From NCBI GenBank assembly GCA_003663445.1, contig QMZZ01000001.1, positions 1-29,562 of the forward strand: 29,562 nt of DNA. The letters are read 5' to 3'. Below, one piece after another: positions 23,849-29,562 of this stretch. Each line of letters opens with the position of its first letter. The first letter of the stretch is position 1. Made by a program: the position numbers and the translations under genes. Source of the DNA: Candidatus Aenigmatarchaeota archaeon (lineage in GTDB: Archaea > Aenigmatarchaeota > Aenigmatarchaeia > QMZP01). The notes beneath the pieces are model-generated. The model was given only the letters and a program-made list of their open reading frames with translations. It made no database searches and was not told the DNA's origin.

Positions 23849-24860
23849 AAAGGCGAAGGACGAGGAAGTGCTGGAGATAGTGAGTAAGGCCCTGGACAAG
23901 AGCAAGCCAGAGGTGATTTCTGACCTGGTGAATCTGCTTTCGGACATGGACGGGAAGCAACAGGGAGGGATCTCGGAGCTGGCGGAGCTCCTGAAGGAGA
24001 CCAAAGGGGACAAGGGAAGCGTGATCAAGGACGTGGTAGAGGCAATAGCTCTTGAAAGGCTGCTGAACAGGGACGGGGACGGCAACATAGTCAGGGATGT
24101 CTTGAGGTGGGCGATTCCGCTCAGGTATTTATCCCCCCTGATCTCTGGGCCGGAGCAGAAGGGCATGGACTTCAAGGACATGTTTTTGCTTATGAAGCTG
24201 GCCGACGGGGACAACAAGACCCTGGAGAGAATGCTTCAGTTCCAGCAGGAGCTGGAGAAAAGGAGGCTCGAGGAGCAGGGAAAGCAGCTCGAGGAGCTGA
24301 AGAACCTGCTCTGGGGAAAGCAGCTCGAGCAGACCAAAAAGGAGACTGAGCTGAAGATAGAGAGGATCGCCCAGGCCCTGGAGAGCCTGGAGCAGAGAAT
24401 AGCCCAGAACACAACACCAGAGGAAAGGAAAGGGCTCGTGGATCAGATCAGGGAGCTGAGCGAGATCAGGAAGGAGCTGAAAGGCCTCCTTGAGGACGAG
24501 TTCGGAGGCGGGGTCGTGGACAAGTCAGGGAAACCTAACTACGCCAAGCTGATAGAGCGGGGACTGAAGACGGTCGAGGAGATAGGGAAAAGCCTGGCAC
24601 AGAGAGCACCGCCACAGCAGCCCATCCAGCCCATGCCGATCCAAATCCAGCCGAGAATCGAGCAGGAACCCAAACCCGAACCCAGTGTCGAGCTGAAGGA
24701 AGAACCGAAGCCAGAACCGCAGGAAAAGCCAGAGGAGCAGAAATTCGAGTTCATAGCCGAGCCAGAGCCGACGCCGGACCAGAACCTCGACATAAAGCCA
24801 ACCAAGCTGCCAGAGGAAAACATAGAGGTCAAAGAGGATAAAAAGGAAGAAGGACAATAA
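23841..24860 (+). CDS. Large coiled-coil protein with Pro/Glu/Lys/Gln-rich disordered tail
   Basis: Long heptad regions; C-terminal EPKPEP-type low complexity. Confidence 0.65.
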   Translation: MAEKAKDEEVLEIVSKALDKSKPEVISDLVNLLSDMDGKQQGGISELAELLKETKGDKGSVIKDVVEAIALERLLNRDGDGNIVRDVLRWAIPLRYLSPLISGPEQKGMDFKDMFLLMKLADGDNKTLERMLQFQQELEKRRLEEQGKQLEELKNLLWGKQLEQTKKETELKIERIAQALESLEQRIAQNTTPEERKGLVDQIRELSEIRKELKGLLEDEFGGGVVDKSGKPNYAKLIERGLKTVEEIGKSLAQRAPPQQPIQPMPIQIQPRIEQEPKPEPSVELKEEPKPEPQEKPEEQKFEFIAEPEPTPDQNLDIKPTKLPEENIEVKEDKKEEGQ

Positions 24861-24865
24861 GATTT

Positions 24866-25243
24866 ATGGATGAAAGGGAAATCAGAAGGGTTTTCAGCAG
24901 TAGATCGAGGGTTCTCTCGCTCATAACCCTGGGGATAAAGCAGATAAGGGCGGAGGAGCTGGAAAATGCTATAAAAAGCGGGTTCGACCCGTCGCTCCTG
25001 ATCTTTAACCACCTGTCTGGCTACATGAACAACCCCATCCTGAAGCCGATTATAAGGGCCGGGTTGAGGAAGTGGTGGGGGGAGATAGAGTCGGTTCTGA
25101 CCGACGCGAGGAAGGTTTACGGAATCCTGACAGAAAACAGGCCGGACCTGAAAAGGATCCTCGACACGGAAAGGGGGAGAAGGTGGCTGAACTGGGCGGT
25201 TTACCAGAGCTATTCGAACCTGTATAGGTACACCTGGTTGTAA
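24866..25243 (+). CDS. Hypothetical helical protein
   Basis: 125 aa, operonic with flanking genes. Confidence 0.6.
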   Translation: MDEREIRRVFSSRSRVLSLITLGIKQIRAEELENAIKSGFDPSLLIFNHLSGYMNNPILKPIIRAGLRKWWGEIESVLTDARKVYGILTENRPDLKRILDTERGRRWLNWAVYQSYSNLYRYTWL

Positions 25244-25482
25244 TGCCAAGGCACGAGGTTCACAGGATGGTGGCGAAGGCGGTTCTCGGAAAGGCATACC
25301 CAGAGGTGGATAGGTTTCTCGACTGGCCCTACAAGATTCTGGGGCCAAGGCACAGGGTTCTTTTCCACGATCTGAAAACCACTCCTGCCATGGTGACACT
25401 GCTGACGGGCGACGTCAGAAAGGGGATGGCCGCGGCGGTTCACATTCTCCTGGACAAGACCTTCAGCAAACGAACCAGATAA
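25243..25482 (+). CDS. Putative minimal metal-dependent hydrolase (YdjM/DUF457-like His/Asp constellation)
   Basis: H7, D27, H37-R38, H42, H67, D71. Confidence 0.45.
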   Translation: MPRHEVHRMVAKAVLGKAYPEVDRFLDWPYKILGPRHRVLFHDLKTTPAMVTLLTGDVRKGMAAAVHILLDKTFSKRTR

Positions 25483-25813
25483 ACCTATCCCAGGGGAGGC
25501 CGTACACTTTCAGCTCCTTTTCGGACATGCTTTTGTTCGGGTAGAGAACCCAGACACCCTTCCTTTTGAACTTCACGACAAGAAAAGCCAGTCCGCCCTG
25601 ATCCATAAACCTCTCCATGAACTTCATCTCGCTTTCTGGCACCCTGATCCTGCTTCCAGATGAATACTTGCACTCGAACCCGAAGGTTTTACCGTCCTTG
25701 AGGGCGACCACATCTATTCCCCCGGATTTTGCAGACCTGATGACCACGAACCCGTGCTTTTTCAGCTCGTTCACAAGCCAGTTTTCAAATCTATATCCCT
25801 TCCTGTACCCCAT
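25463..25813 (-). CDS. hjc: Archaeal Holliday junction resolvase (PD-(D/E)xK)
   Basis: KGYRFE..LV..L...GF.VIRSAKSGGIDVVA...FGFECK. Confidence 0.85.
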   Translation of the reverse strand: MGYRKGYRFENWLVNELKKHGFVVIRSAKSGGIDVVALKDGKTFGFECKYSSGSRIRVPESEMKFMERFMDQGGLAFLVVKFKRKGVWVLYPNKSMSEKELKVYGLPWDRFIWFVC

Positions 25814-25991
25814 ATTTCTTACAGCGATAGATCACCATCTCGGCCCCGTCTGTCCTTATGGTGTCCTTGACCCCATATTGGCAGTATCTGCCGAAGTCGC
25901 AGTAATATTTTCCGTCCAGGGAGTACCCGAGAAAGATTATCCCGGCCTGGCACTTCCTTATTTTGTCTTCTGTGTGGTTATACTTTTTCAT
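25791..25991 (-). CDS. Cys-containing hypothetical protein
   Basis: Four Cys; overlaps both neighbours in operon. Confidence 0.5.
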   Translation of the reverse strand: MKKYNHTEDKIRKCQAGIIFLGYSLDGKYYCDFGRYCQYGVKDTIRTDGAEMVIYRCKKYGVQEGI

Positions 25992-26334
25992 AGCTTTCCA
26001 GCAGGTTTCCGGCGAGGTTTTCCCTCCTCGGAACCCATGTCAGTTTTATGTTTTTCTCCTCTATAAGTTTTTTCGCCTTCAGGAACAGGGGGAGCAGGTG
26101 CTGGGTTTTTACCCTCCAGCCCCGTTTCAGGTGCCCGACCAGGAGCTGGCTGTCCGTCAGTATCTCGTCCCCCGGGTCGGCGAGCTTGAGGGCGTTTATC
26201 AGGGCCTCGTATTCCATCTGGTTGTTGGTTCTTTCCTCCGGGATCGAGCCCCGCCTGATCGTCCCGTCCTCGAACACGACTATCCACTTCGATTCCCTTC
26301 CGTTCCAGCCCGAGCCGTCTATCCAGATTTTCAT
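25978..26334 (-). CDS. rnhA: Ribonuclease HI-like protein
   Basis: IDGS (D6), TNNQMEY (E41), TDSQLL (D61), WVPRREN. Confidence 0.85.
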   Translation of the reverse strand: MKIWIDGSGWNGRESKWIVVFEDGTIRRGSIPEERTNNQMEYEALINALKLADPGDEILTDSQLLVGHLKRGWRVKTQHLLPLFLKAKKLIEEKNIKLTWVPRRENLAGNLLESYEKV

Positions 26335-26459
26335 GCCGGGATCTCAGCCGTGCACATTACATATCCCTTTCCCTTACAGATCGGGCACACACACCCGTTT
26401 TTCCGACCTTTACCCCCGCACCTTTTACAGGGAAGCTTGTGCAGCCTCACATCATCCAT
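26331..26459 (-). CDS. 42-aa DnaJ-type (CxxCxGxG) zinc-finger protein
   Basis: MDDVRLHKLPCKRCGGKGRKNGCVCPICKGKGYVMCTAEIPA; ATGA overlap with RNase H. Confidence 0.65.
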   Translation of the reverse strand: MDDVRLHKLPCKRCGGKGRKNGCVCPICKGKGYVMCTAEIPA

Positions 26460-26691
26460 GTCGTGTTTCCCAGCCTTCTTCTCCCGCCGCAGACCGGGCA
26501 CCTGTGCAGAAGGCCGTCTTTCCAGCTTCTCTGCACCCCAGAGCCTGGGGTACCCCGTATCTATCCCACTTGATTTTGGTTCTCGGTTTTGGCAGTATTT
26601 TAACGTCTATCCCGAACAGCCCCTGAACAGTCACGACTACATAATTGCCCGTCTCTTTCACATCAATTATTTTTCCTTGTTTCTCATTCAT
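26452..26691 (-). CDS. Hypothetical protein
   Basis: Start re-called at MNEKQ; operonic overlap. Confidence 0.5.
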   Translation of the reverse strand: MNEKQGKIIDVKETGNYVVVTVQGLFGIDVKILPKPRTKIKWDRYGVPQALGCREAGKTAFCTGARSAAGEEGWETRHG

Positions 26692-27013
26692 TTTCGATAT
26701 CACCCGGGAACCATTTTAAAATTTTCTCCATGCACCACTGGAGAGTCCCTTCAACCACCTCCCGCCTTGTTCTGTACCTTTCCACGTTATTCGCAACTTC
26801 CACTATAACCTCTGGGTAGTAGCCCATTCTGCTTTTTTCATAGTTTTCCTTTATCTCCTGCAACAACCCCTCGCGGGCGGATTCTATGCGTTGCTTGATT
26901 TCCGTCAGCTTAGTTCTCAATATTTCGTTCAGGAAGGATAAATCCAGCTCCCCGACATATCCCCTAACCAATTCCTTTTCCACATCAATCTTAAGCGGTT
27001 TTGGTTTGTTCAT
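26684..27013 (-). CDS. KWFP-family protein, copy 3
   Basis: ESAREGLLQEI...LQWCMEKILKWFPG; start re-called at MNKPKPL. Confidence 0.65.
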   Translation of the reverse strand: MNKPKPLKIDVEKELVRGYVGELDLSFLNEILRTKLTEIKQRIESAREGLLQEIKENYEKSRMGYYPEVIVEVANNVERYRTRREVVEGTLQWCMEKILKWFPGDIENE

Positions 27014-27299
27014 CTTCCCATTCCTCCTCAAACACACCGGGAAACCATTTCTTTATTATTTCCTCAACATTTTCAACAGTAATTACTGCTGTTGATTTAG
27101 AATAATATGGAGAAACTTTTTTCTCAATCTCTGAAAGCAACCCCTGAACTGCGGATTTGAGGCGTTCCTCAAATAACTCTAAAATTTCTTCAATTGTATA
27201 ATCTCGTTTGATTTGTTTCTTTTCATCATATTTTTGCTCTTTCCAGTATTTCTCAATCAATTCTTTCCTAATCACTTCCAAGTCAAGCGGTTTGCTCAT
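26991..27299 (-). CDS. KWFP-family protein, copy 2
   Basis: KSAVQGLLSEI...EIIKKWFPGVFEE; start re-called at MSKPLDL. Confidence 0.65.
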   Translation of the reverse strand: MSKPLDLEVIRKELIEKYWKEQKYDEKKQIKRDYTIEEILELFEERLKSAVQGLLSEIEKKVSPYYSKSTAVITVENVEEIIKKWFPGVFEEEWEDEQTKTA

Positions 27300-27564
27300 T
27301 TTCCACCTCCTCAAACACATCTGGAAACCATTTTTTGATTTTTTCGATACACCACTCAAGAGTAGCTATTCTTCTTTTTAAAAATGCAATTTCTAATCCA
27401 CTTGCTATTTTTATGCTTTTTTCCCAGTATTCTATCTCTTGTATAATTTCCTTAATTAATCCCCGAACTGCGGATTTGACATCGGGATAAGCATATAAAG
27501 GCACTCCTCTGTTTTTTACCCAGAATCGTTTTGATTCATTCAGCGGTTCATTCTTTTCTGGCAT
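27283..27564 (-). CDS. KWFP-family protein, copy 1
   Basis: KSAVRGLIKEI...LEWCIEKIKKWFPDVFEE. Confidence 0.65.
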   Translation of the reverse strand: MPEKNEPLNESKRFWVKNRGVPLYAYPDVKSAVRGLIKEIIQEIEYWEKSIKIASGLEIAFLKRRIATLEWCIEKIKKWFPDVFEEVENEQTA

Positions 27565-27706
27565 TTCTCTTTTCCTCCTTCCAACATGGATATCGCGGAC
27601 AAGAGGGATAAGGACATTGTTTCATCTTTTTCATTTCTTCACATTGCTCTTTTGTCGGTGGTAAATCCCAACAGCCAGCATATTCATTCCAAATATATCC
27701 TTTCAT
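27548..27706 (-). CDS. 52-aa Cys-rich protein
   Basis: Start re-called at MKGYIWNE; five Cys; ATGA overlap. Confidence 0.5.
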   Translation of the reverse strand: MKGYIWNEYAGCWDLPPTKEQCEEMKKMKQCPYPSCPRYPCWKEEKRNARKE

Positions 27707-27846
27707 TTCCCGCACCATATCAAGGACGGGCCCCAGTGGCCCAGTCCCCCGCAGGCGGGACACCTGTGGAGCATCCCGTCCTTTCCCCGCTGGACTCCGC
27801 TCCCGCCGCATGCGGGGCAGGGTCTCGGCCACGGTCTAAAGGTCAT
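27703..27846 (-). CDS. 47-aa DnaJ-type (CxxCxGxG) zinc-finger protein
   Basis: MTFRPWPRPCPACGGSGVQRGKDGMLHRCPACGGLGHWGPSLIWCGK; RBS GGAGGTGA. Confidence 0.7.
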   Translation of the reverse strand: MTFRPWPRPCPACGGSGVQRGKDGMLHRCPACGGLGHWGPSLIWCGK

Positions 27847-27866
27847 GTCTTATCACCTCCATTATA

Positions 27867-28076
27867 TTACCACAGGCCACCTATGCTGTTCTTCACGAAC
27901 CTGATTATCGCCCTCGTTTGTGATGCCGTGAAGACCAGCACCGTGTCCTCGTTCTCCTTATCCGGCTTGAAGAACCTGATCACCAGGTGGCCATGGCTGT
28001 TGTAGCTTACCTGAATCGCACTCTCCGGGTCTATCACGGTCTTCTTGACCTTGGACTTTCTCTCTATTATCTCCAT
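27867..28076 (-). CDS. Hypothetical protein
   Basis: RBS GGAGGTGA. Confidence 0.6.
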   Translation of the reverse strand: MEIIERKSKVKKTVIDPESAIQVSYNSHGHLVIRFFKPDKENEDTVLVFTASQTRAIIRFVKNSIGGLW

Positions 28077-28123
28077 TCTATCACCTCCCTTTCTCGCTCC
28101 CCTGGCCTCGGCCGTTTGGGGGC

Positions 28124-28291
28124 CTACCCGGCCTCGCCGACCGTGATCTCAGCTTCTGGCGTGTAGCTGTCCAAGTAAGTAAACAAGACATGCAGTAGCT
28201 TTATCGCAGCTATCGAGACGTCAGACAGCGAAACCTCCCGTATCCTGAGCGCACAGCTTCCATTCCTGAATTCGAACTTTATCTCCCCCAT
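28124..28291 (-). CDS. 55-aa hypothetical protein
   Basis: MGEIKFEFRNGSCALRIREVSLSDVSIAAIKLLHVLFTYLDSYTPEAEITVGEAG; RBS GGAGGT. Confidence 0.5.
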   Translation of the reverse strand: MGEIKFEFRNGSCALRIREVSLSDVSIAAIKLLHVLFTYLDSYTPEAEITVGEAG

Positions 28292-28449
28292 TTCCTGTAC
28301 CTCCTCAGCGTCCTTATTACCTCGGCCTCCTCTCTCTTTGCCAGCTCCTCGAGAGCCAGCCTGAGCACCTCCTTCACCTGGGCTATGCTCAGGTTCACCT
28401 TTCCGCCCTCTTTCAGGGCTATCCTTCTCGCGAGGTCGTTCAGGTTCAT
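28279..28449 (-). CDS. 56-aa protein resembling the helical body of HU/IHF
   Basis: MNLNDLARRIALKEGGKVNLSIAQVKEVLRLALEELAKREEAEVIRTLRRYRKWGR; RBS GGAGGTGA. Confidence 0.5.
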   Translation of the reverse strand: MNLNDLARRIALKEGGKVNLSIAQVKEVLRLALEELAKREEAEVIRTLRRYRKWGR

Positions 28450-28460
28450 GCTATCACCTC

Positions 28461-28556
28461 CTATTCCTTTTCTCCGAAGTCGAGCAGGATGGTTGCCTCA
28501 CCCAGCTTCACTTCCAGCTTCCCGCTCACCTTCACTTTTGCCTTTTTCCTTTTCAT
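28461..28556 (-). CDS. 31-aa basic microprotein
   Basis: MKRKKAKVKVSGKLEVKLGEATILLDFGEKE; RBS GGAGGG; overlaps the 3' end of 28498..28947. Confidence 0.4.
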   Translation of the reverse strand: MKRKKAKVKVSGKLEVKLGEATILLDFGEKE

Positions 28557-28947
28557 ACCAAACACCCTCCTTTATCCAGAGCTCGAACTGGTCCGCGAGC
28601 CTTTTCACCTGCCTGACCCTCTCCTCGTAGATCATTCCGTTCACTCCAGACAGAAGTATTGTCGCGTCCCTGAGGGCGGACATCCTGATCATCCTCTCCT
28701 CCCTGCCGTCCAGGTCAGCTTTCTCCTCCTGAACCTCCTCGGCGGATATTATGCGTGGATACTTCCCCTCGAGGATCTCTACTTTCAACTTTTTCCCGGG
28801 CTTCAGCAGCCCGAAAAGGGCCTTGTCCCAGACGTAAAAGACATCCCCGTTTGACTTCACGATCAGGTAGTCGTTCCCGGACTCGGTTCTCTTTTTGGTT
28901 ATATCCGACACGGTTATCGTTCTCGTTCCCATGTTTTTCTCAGGCAT
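28498..28947 (-). CDS. Putative OB-fold ssDNA-binding protein with helical C-terminal domain
   Basis: Five-strand OB-like N-terminus (ITVSDITKKRTESGNDYLIVKSNGDVFYVWD...LKPGKKLKVEI), then IRMSALRDA helix. Confidence 0.45.
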   Translation of the reverse strand: MPEKNMGTRTITVSDITKKRTESGNDYLIVKSNGDVFYVWDKALFGLLKPGKKLKVEILEGKYPRIISAEEVQEEKADLDGREERMIRMSALRDATILLSGVNGMIYEERVRQVKRLADQFELWIKEGVWYEKEKGKSEGEREAGSEAG

Positions 28948-29218
28948 ATCCCAACCTCCTCATTTTTATGTATTCCGTGACCGCGAGGATGTGGGAGCAG
29001 ACCAGGCCCTTGGTTCTGTTGTACTGGCAGGAGCACCTGAAGAAGCTGCCGTCCGAGGTGACCTCGTAGGTCGTTTTGTTGTATCCCGGGATGGGCCTGA
29101 CTATCCAGGATTTGGGGCCGACCTGAACCACACAGCCGTTCTCTATGAAGGCCCGAACCTTGTTCCTGACAGATCCGACCATTCCCTTTCCAACCTCGTA
29201 CCTGATTATTTCTTCCAT
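28940..29218 (-). CDS. SWIM zinc-finger protein
   Basis: FRCSCQYNRTKGLVCSHILAV; start re-called at MEEIIRY. Confidence 0.75.
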   Translation of the reverse strand: MEEIIRYEVGKGMVGSVRNKVRAFIENGCVVQVGPKSWIVRPIPGYNKTTYEVTSDGSFFRCSCQYNRTKGLVCSHILAVTEYIKMRRLGYA

Positions 29219-29397
29219 ACCAGCTTCACCCTCCTTGTCTCGAGCATGTTTATCTTGCCGTCCCTCGCGAGTATCTCGCACCACTTCAGGAAGGTCGCGT
29301 AGCTTATCCTGTCCGAGACGAGCTTCCAGACCGCATGTATGCTCTCCGGCTTTTCGAAGCTGCTCACGGCCTCGAGCACAATTTTTGATTTGTTCAT
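29206..29397 (-). CDS. Winged-helix DNA-binding protein (63 aa)
   Basis: ESIHAVWKLVSDRISYATFLKWCEILARDGKI...KLVW; first gene of the leftward operon. Confidence 0.6.
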   Translation of the reverse strand: MNKSKIVLEAVSSFEKPESIHAVWKLVSDRISYATFLKWCEILARDGKINMLETRRVKLVWKK

Positions 29398-29411
29398 GTT
29401 AATAATTGTAA

Positions 29412-29435
29412 TAACTAATATTTAAAGTTTTCGGT
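29412..29435 (-). promoter_or_regulatory. BRE+TATA early promoter
   Basis: Reverse complement is accgaaaactttaaatattagtta; TATA 29 nt upstream of ATG 29397. Confidence 0.8.
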
Positions 29436-29554
29436 TTTTTTATTTTTTTCTTTTTTTATTTTTTTATTTTTTTTTCCTTTTTTATTTTTTTTAAATAGGG
29501 GGGTATTTGATAAAAGTTTAATAACACTGTTATATTCATATTATGTAATTTTTT
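29435..29554. repeat. Right half of candidate origin: T-tract, inverted-repeat arm, degenerate direct repeat
   Basis: T-tract 29435-29492; tttaataacactgttatatt 29517-29536; attcatattatgtaa 29534-29548 (12/15 to 36-50). Confidence 0.7.
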
Positions 29555-29562
29555 ACGTGATA

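Larger units (their letters stand above)
1..29562. mobile_element. Putative complete genome of a tailless, probably membrane-containing icosahedral archaeal virus
   Basis: Dense small ORFs, capsid/spike/membrane-type module, Hjc, orphan MTase, no housekeeping genes. Archaeal BRE-TATA and GGAGGTG signals. Repeat motifs continue across the end-to-start junction. Confidence 0.85.

Noticed and set aside
25978-26334. RNase H as part of a retroelement or diversity-generating retroelement
   Set aside because: No reverse transcriptase (YxDD) ORF and no long template/variable repeat pair was found.
2280-29380. Frequent CTCGAG hexamer (dozens of copies by eye)
   Set aside because: Most copies I checked are in-frame Leu-Glu (CTC GAG), and both codons are preferred here; no need to invoke a signal.
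1-29562. Linear genome with true inverted terminal repeats (protein-primed replication)
   Set aside because: The terminal bases are not complementary, the matching arms lie at unequal distances from the ends, and no pPolB or terminal-protein gene was seen.
1-29562. tRNA gene, attP site or integrase
   Set aside because: No cloverleaf-like sequence or tyrosine/serine recombinase motif was recognised by eye; a tRNAscan run would be needed for certainty.

Overview
The window looks like a complete or nearly complete, probably circular, ~29.6-kb genome of a tailless archaeal virus. The evidence is archaeal BRE/TATA promoters, GGAGGTG-type ribosome-binding sites, an Hjc resolvase and many leaderless genes. 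About 75 tightly packed CDSs fall into three groups. (1) Virion module (2265-18892): two adjacent ~170-aa beta-rich proteins (candidate single-jelly-roll major capsid proteins), several small beta-sandwich vertex-like proteins, a fibre, a beta-helix spike, five Ig/CARDB-like proteins, a dozen or more small membrane proteins, a membrane-anchored trypsin-like protease, a GT2 glycosyltransferase and two paralogous basic proteins (candidate nucleoproteins). (2) Early/accessory operons: wHTH, RHH, Zn-finger, SWIM, OB-fold, RNase H, Hjc and three tandem paralogous 'KWFP' genes. (3) An orphan beta-class DNA methyltransferase. I could not find a DNA polymerase, primase, helicase, integrase, terminase, portal or Walker-A packaging ATPase. 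Non-coding structure includes a quasi-symmetric AT-rich region spanning the two window ends (candidate origin) and alternating-orientation arrays of a GGTTT(C/A)C heptamer (23 intergenic copies) at 21.5-21.8 kb and 23.1-23.2 kb. All fold and function calls come from reading motifs by eye; no database search was run.
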